From: Rhodospirillales bacterium
GTDB taxonomy: Bacteria > Pseudomonadota > Alphaproteobacteria > Rhodospirillales > UBA2165
Reading direction: 5' to 3'
Assembly: GCA_965221855.1 (NCBI GenBank)
Contig: CBDCSV010000010.1
Coordinates: 67,650-131,649 of the forward strand
DNA: 64,000 nucleotides
Shown here: positions 28,453 through 37,437 of the stretch, in pieces
How positions within the stretch are numbered: position 1 is the stretch's first letter
Layout: every line of letters begins with the position of its first letter
Position numbers and translations under genes: made by a program
The notes under the pieces: generated by a model
Told to the model about the DNA's origin: nothing
The model's input: the letters and a program-made list of their open reading frames with translations, nothing else
Database searches by the model: none

Positions 28453-28474
28453 GATCAATAAATGATCGTGATCA
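28453..28474. promoter_or_regulatory. Operator-like GATC-rich motif GATCAATAAATGATCGTGATCA, copy 2
   Basis: 21 of 22 positions are identical to 21848..21869. It lies about 100-120 nt upstream of the dctP start. Confidence 0.5.
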
Positions 28475-28525
28475 CTTTTTTTCAGATTATTGGGCTCGGG
28501 GAGCCCAAGTCAAGGAATCCGTTCC

Positions 28526-28981
28526 CTATCCGGCCGCGGTGTGGATGGGCGCGAGCCAGCCGACCACGAGACCGTACATGCCGTGGACGATACCGCTCGA
28601 AAACCAGGCCATCGGGTGAATGTGGCTGAGGAAGAACCCTTCCTTGAGAATGAACGGCACGTAGAAAATGCCCGAGAGGAACCACAGGATGGCGCCCCAG
28701 ATCGCCCCCTTGACGATGGGCTCGCCCGGCAGGTATTGGGCGACCACGGTCGAATAAAGCAGCGCGAAGAGGATGCCGTTGAAATAGATGACGATCATTC
28801 CGGCGAAATAGGGCGGCTTGCCCTCGAACTGCTCGCCGTAGGTCAAATTCGCCATCGCGGTCGAGAAATCGAGGCGCGGCAGGCCAAGGCTTTGCAGCCA
28901 CAACGCGTTCGCCAGCAGCACATAACTTGCGAGGATACCCGCGATAATCGAGAGAAGAATGAATCCGAGATCGAGTTCCAT
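28526..28981 (-). CDS. Small integral membrane protein of unknown function
   Basis: 151 aa from MELDLGFILLSIIAGILASYVLL, with about 4 TM helices. I recognise no family. The track start was trimmed. Confidence 0.55.
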   Translation of the reverse strand: MELDLGFILLSIIAGILASYVLLANALWLQSLGLPRLDFSTAMANLTYGEQFEGKPPYFAGMIVIYFNGILFALLYSTVVAQYLPGEPIVKGAIWGAILWFLSGIFYVPFILKEGFFLSHIHPMAWFSSGIVHGMYGLVVGWLAPIHTAAG

Positions 28982-29105
28982 GAGAGCCTCCGCGTTGACC
29001 CGCCGGTTTGGTTTGGTGCCGCCCTTCGGCGGCGTGGTTGTCCGTAAATAGCAAAACGCGCCGGCATTGGCCACGCCGGCGCGCTTCGCCGCATCATATT
29101 GTCAG

Positions 29106-29891
29106 CTAGATGTACTTCGAAAATCCGCCGCACACCTCGACGACCGTACCGGTCTGGTAGCTGTTTTTCTCGGACACGATCCACGCCGCCGCATCGCCGA
29201 TCTCCTGGGGCTCCGCCCAGCGGCCGAGAAACGTCTGGGCCGATACGCCGTCGCGGATCTGGTCCGGAGTGACGCCCCGCATCTTGGCCATGCTCTCGGC
29301 CCTGGGCCCCCAGCTTTCGGTGTTGGTGAAGCCCGGGCAGATGGTGTTGACGGTGATCCCGTCCTTGCCGAGCTGTTCGGCCATCACCTTGGCGAAACCT
29401 TGGATCGCCGTGTTGGGAATGGTGGTGGTCAAGGCCCCCGGCAACAGTTGCTTGCCGGTAACGCCCGATACGTTGAGGACGCGCCCGGCGCCGGATTCCC
29501 GAAGGTGGGGAATCGCCGCCTTGGTGGTGTAGACGAACGACATCAGGTTCAGGTTCAAGACCGTGGCCCAGGTCGCCTCGTCGAGGCTGTCGATGGTGCC
29601 GGGGATCATCCCGCCGACATTGTTGACCAGGATGTCCAGGCCGCCGAGCGCATCGACGGCATCGTCGACGAACTTCTTGCAGCCGTCCTCGCTGGAGAGG
29701 TCGACCAGAATGCCGGCGGCCTTCACGCCCTTCGCTTCCATTTCCTTGACCGCCTGGTCGAGGCGGTCCTGGTTGCGGGCCGACAGCGCCACGTTGCACC
29801 CCTCATCGGCGAGCGAGCTGGCGATGGCATGGCCAATTCCCTGACTGGAACCGGTGATCGCCGCGTTCTTTCCTTTAAGACCCAAGTCCAT
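29106..29891 (-). CDS. Short-chain dehydrogenase/reductase (SDR)
   Basis: TGSSQGIG cofactor motif, NNVG, and a catalytic S...Y/K region. 261 aa. Confidence 0.85.
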   Translation of the reverse strand: MDLGLKGKNAAITGSSQGIGHAIASSLADEGCNVALSARNQDRLDQAVKEMEAKGVKAAGILVDLSSEDGCKKFVDDAVDALGGLDILVNNVGGMIPGTIDSLDEATWATVLNLNLMSFVYTTKAAIPHLRESGAGRVLNVSGVTGKQLLPGALTTTIPNTAIQGFAKVMAEQLGKDGITVNTICPGFTNTESWGPRAESMAKMRGVTPDQIRDGVSAQTFLGRWAEPQEIGDAAAWIVSEKNSYQTGTVVEVCGGFSKYI

Positions 29892-29916
29892 AGTTCAGTT
29901 CTCCTTCGAAGTCCGA

Positions 29917-30204
29917 TTAGTCTCTATTGTCCACGCGTGCGACGAAGTGCCGCACCTCGACCGATTCCCAGATATCCGCCCGGCAAAGCGGGTCATCCTC
30001 GAACATCCGGTCGATGACGCCGCGGTTTTCGGCATCCAGCATGTAAAGGCTGCCGATGATGTTCTCGCCCGCGTCATCCATCAGCGGTCCCGACATGACG
30101 TTCTTGAACGGCGCGCTCTCCAGGTACCGGCGGTGCGCATCCATGGCGGCGGCGCGGGTCTCGGCCATACCCGGCTTGTCGATTGCGAAGATGACGAACA
30201 GCAT
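29917..30204 (-). CDS. YciI-family protein
   Basis: 95 aa reading MLFVIFAIDKPG...RRYLE...GPL...DDP, a typical YciI-like ferredoxin-fold protein. Confidence 0.7.
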   Translation of the reverse strand: MLFVIFAIDKPGMAETRAAAMDAHRRYLESAPFKNVMSGPLMDDAGENIIGSLYMLDAENRGVIDRMFEDDPLCRADIWESVEVRHFVARVDNRD

Positions 30205-30256
30205 GATGTCCTCCCTGATGCAGGCCTGAGGTGGGCGGCGGTCCCGCCTCTCGAAT

Positions 30257-31453
30257 CTAGTTGATGAGTCCCGGCGGCGCGCCGGGATGTCCGGCGGCCT
30301 GACCCGCGGCGGCCGTCCTGGCCGCCACGCGCTCGATCAGGCCGAGGGTATCCTCGATGTAGGCTTTGTCGATGTCGCGGGTAATGAAGACGATACGGGT
30401 CCGTCGGTCATCGCTCGGCCATTCGGGCAGCCAGTCCAGCGAGTGGAATATCTGCTGGGCGCCCTGGATGACCGCCGGCTGACCGGGCTTCTCATCCACA
30501 CTGACGATTCCCTTCACCCGCAGCAGATCCGGGCCGGCCTCATTGGCGAGCCCTTCCAGGAAGTTCCGCAGCATGTCGAGGGACATGGGTTCGTCCCGGG
30601 TCAGGCAGAACGTATTGATGGACGAATCGTGGTTGTGATGCCGGTGGTGATGGTCTTCCGGCGTGTGGCCGTGTTCCCGGTAATAGGCGAGGGTCTCCTC
30701 GTCCATCTCGTCCTCGGACGGCTCGGCGATCATGAGGGCCTCGGTTTCATCGTATAGTTCGGGGTCGATCCAGCTCGCGAGGTCGATCTTCTTGGTTTCC
30801 GGATCGAACATGCCGGAGCCGAACAGATCGGACGGATCGATCTCCTCGGTCGCCGTCTTGACGATGGGCGCCGCGGGATTCAAAGACCGCAATTTGCCGG
30901 TCAGCGCATCCACCTTCTCCCGGCCCTCCGTATCGGTCACCAGATCCACCTTGGTGACGATGATCCGGTCGGCGACGGCCGCCTGTTTGACGCATTCCGT
31001 GAAGCGGTCGATGGAGGACAATCCATTGACGGCGTCCACGGTCGTCACGACGCCATCCAGCGAATAGTGGTTCACGACCATCGGATTGGTGAAGACGATC
31101 TGCAGGATCGGCATGGGGTCGGCGATGCCGGTGGTTTCGATCACCACCCGGTCGAAGTCAGGGATCGTCCCCGCATTCCGCTGGATATGAAGATCGCGGA
31201 ACGTATCGATCAGGTCGCTTTTGACCGAACAGCAGAGGCAGCCGTTGGCCAACTGCACGACCGAGTCATCCGCCCGTTCGATAAGGTCATAGTCGAGGCC
31301 GATCTCGCCGAACTCATTGACGATCACCGCAGCCTTGCTCATGGCGGAGTGGTGCAGCAGCGTATTGAGGAGCGTCGTCTTGCCGCTCCCCAGGAAACCG
31401 GTGATCAACGTGACCCAAATCTTGTCCATGGGGCGCCGGTCCTCCTCCGCCAA
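30257..31453 (-). CDS. COG0523-family metallochaperone GTPase (CobW/ZigA/YeiR-like)
   Basis: GFLGSGKTTLLN P-loop, CxCC motif (GCLCCSV), a His-rich stretch HTPEDHHHRHHNHD, and a CobW C-terminal domain. An alternative start is the ATG at 31429. Confidence 0.85.
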   Translation of the reverse strand: MAEEDRRPMDKIWVTLITGFLGSGKTTLLNTLLHHSAMSKAAVIVNEFGEIGLDYDLIERADDSVVQLANGCLCCSVKSDLIDTFRDLHIQRNAGTIPDFDRVVIETTGIADPMPILQIVFTNPMVVNHYSLDGVVTTVDAVNGLSSIDRFTECVKQAAVADRIIVTKVDLVTDTEGREKVDALTGKLRSLNPAAPIVKTATEEIDPSDLFGSGMFDPETKKIDLASWIDPELYDETEALMIAEPSEDEMDEETLAYYREHGHTPEDHHHRHHNHDSSINTFCLTRDEPMSLDMLRNFLEGLANEAGPDLLRVKGIVSVDEKPGQPAVIQGAQQIFHSLDWLPEWPSDDRRTRIVFITRDIDKAYIEDTLGLIERVAARTAAAGQAAGHPGAPPGLIN

Positions 31454-31462
31454 CCTCGCCGC

Positions 31463-32716
31463 CTAGTAGATCTCGCAGCCCGGCAGGCCGCACGAGATCA
31501 GGTGATCGGACGGGAAGTTCGTGATGATCTCGCAGCCGTCGTCGGTAACCACGACCTCTTCCTCGATCCGCGCCGCGCCCGAGCCGTCCTCGGCGCCCTT
31601 CCAGCACTCGACGGCGAAGACCATGCCCTTCTTGAGCTCGGTCTTCTGACCCATGTAGCGGCGCGAGATGATCGGCCGCTCCCACAGGCTCAAGCCGACG
31701 CCGTGGCCGAACTGCAGCAGGAAGGCTTCGTCTTCGTTGGCGTAACCGAACTCTTCGGCCTTGGGCCAGGCCAAGGCGATATCGTCGATGCTGGCGCCCG
31801 GCTTGATCTGTTCGATGGCCGCGTTCACCCACTGGGAGCAGATTTCGTAGGCTTCTATCTGCGCGTCGTTGGGCTGACCGCAGATGAAGGTGCGGTAGTA
31901 GCACGTGTGGTAGCCGTTGAAGCTGTGCATGATGTCCAGGAAGATCATGTCGCCCGGCTGGATCATGCGGTCGGAGAAGGTGTGCGAGTGCGGCGCGCCG
32001 CGCGGGCCCGCCACCGAATTCACGCACTCCACCCGCTCGGAGCCCATGGCATAGAGCTGATCGTTGGCGATGGCCACCAGGTCGCTCTCCTTGTTGCCGG
32101 GCCGGATGGCCTTGGCGATGTCGAGATAGACCGCGTCGACCATGGCCGCGGCGACCTTCAGGAGTTCGATCTCCTCTTCGGTCTTTATCTCGCGGGCATC
32201 CATCAGCGCCTGCTGGCCGTCCACCACTTCGACGCCTTCGGCCTCGAGGGCGCGCAGCATGGGCAGTTCCATGACATCGATCGCAAGCGGCTGTTTCTCG
32301 ATGCCCAGTTCGACCATCTTATCCTTGATCTGCTTTGCGAAGACGTCCTGCACGCCGTGCTCGGGCGGGATCGCGCCCTGCATGGTAGAAACCGGCGCGT
32401 CGATCCGGTTGCCGAGCCAGGGAGACGCCTTCTTCTTCGCCGGCGGCGCCGGATCCCAAAGGAACGGAGCGGAGTCCGTCGGCGCGAGGCAATAGCGGTC
32501 GAATTTGTCCCGGCCCCACTCGCCGATGTGCGTCGACGTGATGTAGCGGATATTGTCGAAGTTGAAGCACAACAGGGCGCCAAAACCGTGATCGGCGCAG
32601 GCGGCCTGGGCGCGCCCCAGCCGGTCCTCATGAAGTTTCCGGTAGTCGATCCCCGCTTCCCAGTCCTTGGCCATGGTGCCCCAGGTCGCGGTGGATCGTG
32701 GCGCGGTATAGTGCAT
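31463..32716 (-). CDS. M24-family metalloenzyme (creatinase/prolidase fold; DddP/DoeA-like)
   Basis: 417 aa from MHYTAPR. It has a creatinase-like N-domain and a pita-bread C-domain (GDMIFLDI, GHGVGLSLWE, EEVVVVT). The track start was trimmed. Confidence 0.7.
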   Translation of the reverse strand: MHYTAPRSTATWGTMAKDWEAGIDYRKLHEDRLGRAQAACADHGFGALLCFNFDNIRYITSTHIGEWGRDKFDRYCLAPTDSAPFLWDPAPPAKKKASPWLGNRIDAPVSTMQGAIPPEHGVQDVFAKQIKDKMVELGIEKQPLAIDVMELPMLRALEAEGVEVVDGQQALMDAREIKTEEEIELLKVAAAMVDAVYLDIAKAIRPGNKESDLVAIANDQLYAMGSERVECVNSVAGPRGAPHSHTFSDRMIQPGDMIFLDIMHSFNGYHTCYYRTFICGQPNDAQIEAYEICSQWVNAAIEQIKPGASIDDIALAWPKAEEFGYANEDEAFLLQFGHGVGLSLWERPIISRRYMGQKTELKKGMVFAVECWKGAEDGSGAARIEEEVVVTDDGCEIITNFPSDHLISCGLPGCEIY

Positions 32717-32897
32717 GACGTACCTCCGAGATATCGTTGGACGGCCGCCGTTTCCGGCGGCGCCGGGTTCCCCGTATTCAAGATGATGGCGGCAAATCCG
32801 TCCACCGGTATTTCGCTTCCGGCCTCGGGGGCTGCTTCCGCCAAAACGCCGGCCAAGCTTAGGCTTTTTCCCCGATCGCCAATTTATTCTTGAATTA

Positions 32898-32911
32898 TGC
32901 AATCGATTGCA
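32898..32911. promoter_or_regulatory. LacI-family-type operator palindrome TGCAATCGATTGCA
   Basis: Perfect 14-bp palindrome that fits the TGNNANCGNTNNCA pattern. It lies in the divergent M24 / E1-alpha intergenic region. A near-identical site is at 38531..38544, beside the LacI gene. Confidence 0.55.
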
Positions 32912-32913
32912 CA

Positions 32914-32951
32914 ATGATCGGGAAAATGCACCATGATCGGGAAAATGCACC
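32914..32951. repeat. Perfect tandem duplication, 2 x 19 bp (ATGATCGGGAAAATGCACC)
   Basis: Read directly from the sequence. It begins 3 bp after the palindrome. Confidence 0.9.
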
Positions 32952-33130
32952 ATGCGGGCTCCCGGGTCAAGATGCGAAACGGGGACCGCAAGAAATAAGA
33001 CGGAAATCCGTCGATTGGCTGAACCCGGGGAGAGGCCGCGAAAATTCCGTCAGCACCCAGTTCCCAATGGGCGTCCTAGAGACGCCACCCATGAGTTTCT
33101 TCCAGGCTCCACCAGGAGAGGACCGAACCA

Positions 33131-34216
33131 TTGGCACGAAAAACGAGAACCACCTCCCGATCGCCGGCGAAATCGTCGAGCCGATCCTCCAAGCCGGCCA
33201 AGGCCAAGCCGCGCGGCGCGGCGCGTCTGAACGACGATATCGGGGAAGAAAACCGGCTCGATATGTGGCGGCTGCAGCTCGAGGTCCGGCATGTGGAGCA
33301 GCGGGCCCATGACCTGTTCATGCAGAACCTGATCAAGGGGACGAGCCACCTCGCCGTCGGCCAGGAAGCCATCGCGGCCGGCTGCGCGACGGCCATGCGG
33401 CCGGGCGATTACACGTTCTGCACCTACCGCGGCCACGCGCATACCCTGGTCCGGGGCGCGTCCATGACCGGCGTGCTCGGCGAACTGATGGGCAGGGAGT
33501 GCGGCCTGCTGCAGGGCAAGGGCGGCTCCATGCACCTGACCGACGCCGAAAAGGGCGCCATGGGCTCATACGCGATCATCGGCGCCCACCTGCCGATCGC
33601 CGCCGGCGCGGCGTGGGCGGCGCAATACAACAAGACGGGCGCGGTTTCCTTCTGCTTCTTCGGCGACGGCACCACCAATATCGGCGCCTTCCACGAGGCG
33701 CTGAACTTCGCCGTGATCTGGAAGCTGCCGGTGGTCTTCGTCTGCGAGAACAACTTCTACATGGAATACACCCCCATCGGCGAGGTGACCGCCGTCGAAC
33801 ATCCGGCGGCGGACCGGGCCGGCGCCTATGGCCTGGAACCGATCATCGTCGACGGCAACGACGCCGACGCCGTGTACCGGGTCGCCAGGACGGCGGTCGA
33901 CAAGGCGGTCGGCGGCGGCGGCCCCTCGCTGATCGAGGCCGAGACTTACCGACACTACGGCCACTCCCGCGCCGACCCGGCGACGTACCGGCCCGACAAG
34001 GAGGTCGAGGAATGGATGGCGAAGGACCCGATCCCCATGTACCGCAGCCGCCTGCTGGAGTTCGGCGTGCCGGAAAAAGTCGTCGGCGATATCGAGAAAA
34101 GCGTCCTCAAGGCGGTTGACGACGCAACCGAGGAAGCGAAGGCCTCGCCGGTGCCTCGCGATGAACTTGCGCTTACGGACGTCTGGGCGGATGGAGGCTC
34201 GGCATGGCGGAACTAA
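33131..34216 (+). CDS. 2-oxoacid (pyruvate/acetoin-type) dehydrogenase E1 alpha subunit, TPP-dependent
   Basis: Motifs HLAVGQEA, YRGH, GSMH and GDGTTNIGAFHEALN (TPP motif). The start is uncertain: TTG at 33131 gives a Lys/Ser/Arg-rich extension, and an internal ATG lies at 33263. Confidence 0.8.
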   Translation: MARKTRTTSRSPAKSSSRSSKPAKAKPRGAARLNDDIGEENRLDMWRLQLEVRHVEQRAHDLFMQNLIKGTSHLAVGQEAIAAGCATAMRPGDYTFCTYRGHAHTLVRGASMTGVLGELMGRECGLLQGKGGSMHLTDAEKGAMGSYAIIGAHLPIAAGAAWAAQYNKTGAVSFCFFGDGTTNIGAFHEALNFAVIWKLPVVFVCENNFYMEYTPIGEVTAVEHPAADRAGAYGLEPIIVDGNDADAVYRVARTAVDKAVGGGGPSLIEAETYRHYGHSRADPATYRPDKEVEEWMAKDPIPMYRSRLLEFGVPEKVVGDIEKSVLKAVDDATEEAKASPVPRDELALTDVWADGGSAWRN

Positions 34217-35181
34217 CCTATCGGGAAGCGGTCGCCGACGCGATCGCCCAGGAAATGGAACGCGACGACAAGGTGGTGTTCCTCGGCGAGGACATCGCCA
34301 AGGCGGGCGGCGTGTTCAAGACCACCGTCGGGCTCTACGACAAATTCGGGCCCGACCGGGTGCGCGACACGCCGATCTCCGAGCAGGCCATTTTGGGAGC
34401 CGCCATGGGTGCGGCAATGACCGGCCTGCGTCCCATTGCCGAGATCATGTTCTCGGACTTCTTCGCGGTCTGCTGGGACATCGTCGTCAACCAGATCGCC
34501 AAGACCCGCTACATGACCGGCGGCCAGGTGACCATGCCCCTGGTCATCCGGAGCGCCAACGGCGGCGGCGTCCGGTTCGGCGCGCAGCACTCCCAATCCA
34601 TCGAGAACTGGGCGATGATGGTTCCGGGGCTCAAGGTCGTCGCGCCGTCGACCCCGGCCGACGTCAAGGGACTGCTGGCGGCATCGATCCGCGACCCCGA
34701 TCCGGTGATTTTCTTCGAACAGAAGTCCCTTTACGGCGACAAGGGGGAAATTCCCGACGGCGAGCATGTGGACGAACTCGGCACCGCGAGGGTGGTGCGG
34801 GACGGGACCGACGCGGTCATCTACGCGCTGGCCGCCATGGTGCCGCGGTCGATCAGGGCCGCGGCAAAGCTCGAGGCGGATCTCGGCATCAGGGTATCGG
34901 TGGTCGATGTCCGAAGCCTGGTGCCGCTGGATACCCGAACCATCTTTTCCGAGTTCAGGAAATCCGGCCGCGCCTTCACCGTCGAGGAAAATCCGCGCCT
35001 TTGCGGCTGGGGCGCCGAAATATCGTCCCTGATCACCGAGGAGTGCTTCTGGGACATGGACCTGCCCGTGACCCGGATCACGACGCCCCATATCCCGCTG
35101 GCGTCCGCCGACAACCTCGAGGATCAGATGATCCCGTCGGTGGACCGCATCTATGAAACCGTTCGCGCGGGGCTCGACTGA
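34204..35181 (+). CDS. 2-oxoacid dehydrogenase E1 beta subunit
   Basis: It reads LTYREAVADAIAQEMERDDKVVFLGEDI...DTPISE, a transketolase-like Pyr domain plus C-terminal domain. It overlaps E1 alpha by 13 nt. Confidence 0.9.
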   Translation: MAELTYREAVADAIAQEMERDDKVVFLGEDIAKAGGVFKTTVGLYDKFGPDRVRDTPISEQAILGAAMGAAMTGLRPIAEIMFSDFFAVCWDIVVNQIAKTRYMTGGQVTMPLVIRSANGGGVRFGAQHSQSIENWAMMVPGLKVVAPSTPADVKGLLAASIRDPDPVIFFEQKSLYGDKGEIPDGEHVDELGTARVVRDGTDAVIYALAAMVPRSIRAAAKLEADLGIRVSVVDVRSLVPLDTRTIFSEFRKSGRAFTVEENPRLCGWGAEISSLITEECFWDMDLPVTRITTPHIPLASADNLEDQMIPSVDRIYETVRAGLD

Positions 35182-35182
35182 C

Positions 35183-36436
35183 ATGGATGTGCTGATGCCC
35201 CAACTGGGGGAAACGGTCTCCGAGGGAACCGTCACCATGTGGCACAAACAGGTGGGGGACGAGGTCGAAGCCGACGAAGTGCTGCTGGAGATCGGTACGG
35301 ACAAGGTGGAGATGGAAATTCCCGCTCCGGTTTCCGGTGTTGTCGCCGAGATCCGTGTCGAGGCCGGTTCCACGGTCGATGTCGGAACGACGGTCGCCGT
35401 CATCGACGACGGCTCAGGCGCGTCGGAGGCGGCGCCCGCTCCCGCCGCCGAGCCGGAACCCGCGGCGGCTCCGGCGCCCCAACCCGCGCCCGCTCCCGGG
35501 GCGGCGGCCGGCGCGCCGTCCCGCAACCGCAACATGAAGCTTTCGCCGGCGGTCCGGAAACTGATCGGCGACAACGACCTGGATCCCGCGGCCATCGGCG
35601 GAACCGGCCGGGACGGCCGGATTACCCGCGCGGATGTCCTGTCGTACCTGAAGGGAGCGTCCGCGCCCGCGCCAGCGCCGGCCGCGCTGCCGACGCCCGT
35701 CCAGTCCCGCCCGCCCGCGGGACCCGGCGGCAAGACCGTCATTCCATTCGATTACCGGCGCAGGATGACCGCCGAACACATGGTTCGCTCGAAGGCGACG
35801 AGCCCCCACGTCCTGCAGGCGGTCGAAACGGACTTCTCGAACGTCGACAGGGCCCGCCGGTCGATGAGCGCCGAATGGAAGGCCAAGGAGGGATTCTCGC
35901 TGACCTTCATGCCGTTCATCGCCAAGGCGGTGTGCGAAGCCATCCGGGACTATCCCAATATCAATGCGCACGTCGAGGATGAGAGCCTCGTGGTCTACGA
36001 CGCCGTACATCTCGGCGTTGCCATCGACCTCGATTTCCAGGGGCTGGTGGCGCCGGTCGTCAAGGACGCGGAGCGGCGATCCGTCCCGGACCTGTCCCGG
36101 GCGTTCAACGACCTGGCCCAACGGGCTCGCGGCGACGGTCTCGGTCCCGAAGAGCTGTCGGGCGGCACCTACACCATCACCAACAACGGCTCTTTCGGAA
36201 CGCTGATTACCGCGCCGATCATCAATCAGCCCCAGGTGGCCATCCTGTCGACCGACGCCATCGCCAAGAAGCCGGTCGCCGTCGACGTGGACGGCGAAGA
36301 CATGATCGCCATCCGGCCGGTCGGCATGTTGGCGCAATCCTTCGACCACCGGGCCATCGACGGCGCCTATTCGGCCTCCTTCCTGAAACGGGTCAAGGAA
36401 ATCATAGAAGACCGTGACTGGCGCGCGGCGTTCTGA
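35183..36436 (+). CDS. Dihydrolipoamide acyltransferase (E2)
   Basis: It has a lipoyl domain with TDKVEMEIP, an Ala/Pro linker, a subunit-binding domain (LSPAVRKL...GTGRDGRITRADV), and a catalytic DHRAIDG. The start was trimmed to the ATG at 35183. Confidence 0.9.
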   Translation: MDVLMPQLGETVSEGTVTMWHKQVGDEVEADEVLLEIGTDKVEMEIPAPVSGVVAEIRVEAGSTVDVGTTVAVIDDGSGASEAAPAPAAEPEPAAAPAPQPAPAPGAAAGAPSRNRNMKLSPAVRKLIGDNDLDPAAIGGTGRDGRITRADVLSYLKGASAPAPAPAALPTPVQSRPPAGPGGKTVIPFDYRRRMTAEHMVRSKATSPHVLQAVETDFSNVDRARRSMSAEWKAKEGFSLTFMPFIAKAVCEAIRDYPNINAHVEDESLVVYDAVHLGVAIDLDFQGLVAPVVKDAERRSVPDLSRAFNDLAQRARGDGLGPEELSGGTYTITNNGSFGTLITAPIINQPQVAILSTDAIAKKPVAVDVDGEDMIAIRPVGMLAQSFDHRAIDGAYSASFLKRVKEIIEDRDWRAAF

Positions 36437-36498
36437 TTTGATCCGGCCGGGTTTGCCCTTCACCGTCGGCGGTGCCGGCTACACTCGAGGTGTGTCTG

Positions 36499-37437
36499 AT
36501 GAATGACGCGGTAAAAGGACATCGAATTGGATGGATCGGCGCCGGGCGCATGGGATTCCCCATGGCAACCCGGCTCATCGAAGCGGGAGCCGACGTCGCG
36601 GTCTGGAATCGAACGCGATCCAAGGCGGAACCCCTGGCCGGGAAAGGCGCCGCCATCGTCGACAGCATTCAGGACCTTGCCGACCGGGATATCGTCTTCA
36701 CCATGGTCACGGGACCCGAGCAGTTCATCGCCGTGACGCTGGGGGACGGCGGCCTGCTCACCGGCGGGACAACGCCCAAACTGCTCGTCGACTGCTCCAC
36801 CATCTCCGAGGAGGCGTCCTGGGAGGTCCGGGAAGTCGCGGACAAGGTCGGCACGGCCATGCTGGACTGCCCGGTGAGCGGCAACAACAAGGCGGTCGAG
36901 GCGGGCGCGCTGACGCTGGTCGCGTCCGGCGACGAGAAGGACTATGAAACCGCCCTGCCCTATCTGCAGGCGCTCGGCCGCGGCGTGACCTATGCCGGCG
37001 AGGGCAGCGGCGCCCGGATCGTCAAGATCTGTCACAACGTCTACCTCGGCGTGATGACCCAGGCGCTCGCCGAGGTGCTGATCATGGCGGAGAAAAACGG
37101 CGTCAAGCGAAGCGCCACCATGGAGTTCCTGAACAAGGCCTCGGTGGGATCGATGTTCACCCGCTACAAGACCGGCGCGCTGGTCAACCTGGATTTCACC
37201 CCGACATTCACCAACCCCCTGCTGTTGAAGGACCTGGACCTGGGCCTGTCGGCGGGCCGCAAGCACGCCGTGCCCATGCCGGTTTCGTCTCTCACCCGGG
37301 AGATCGTCCAGAACGCCATCGGCCGGGGCCATACGGAGGATGACTTCGCCTCCATTATCCAGGTACAGGCGGAAAACTCCGGCCACGAGCTGGTGTCGGA
37401 AAATCTTGAAAAGCTTCCCGGGATGACAGACGACTAG
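36499..37437 (+). CDS. NAD(P)-dependent 3-hydroxyisobutyrate/6-phosphogluconate dehydrogenase-like oxidoreductase, paralogue 1
   Basis: 312 aa with IGWIGAGRMGFPMA Rossmann motif, DCPVSGN, and a C-terminal NAD-binding_11 domain. Confidence 0.8.
   Translation: MNDAVKGHRIGWIGAGRMGFPMATRLIEAGADVAVWNRTRSKAEPLAGKGAAIVDSIQDLADRDIVFTMVTGPEQFIAVTLGDGGLLTGGTTPKLLVDCSTISEEASWEVREVADKVGTAMLDCPVSGNNKAVEAGALTLVASGDEKDYETALPYLQALGRGVTYAGEGSGARIVKICHNVYLGVMTQALAEVLIMAEKNGVKRSATMEFLNKASVGSMFTRYKTGALVNLDFTPTFTNPLLLKDLDLGLSAGRKHAVPMPVSSLTREIVQNAIGRGHTEDDFASIIQVQAENSGHELVSENLEKLPGMTDD

Noticed and set aside
32717-32897. Riboswitch (for example cobalamin or a metal-sensing type) in the roughly 180-nt leader of the M24 / CobW-like operon.
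   Set aside because: I could not find a B12 box (GCCACTG) or any other conserved riboswitch core. The GC-rich hairpins are unremarkable. The CobW-like protein looks like a generic COG0523 zinc-type chaperone rather than a cobalamin gene.
32914-32951. Possible CRISPR-like or minisatellite array.
   Set aside because: There are only two contiguous 19-bp units, with no spacers and no cas genes in the window. It is a simple tandem duplication in a regulatory region.
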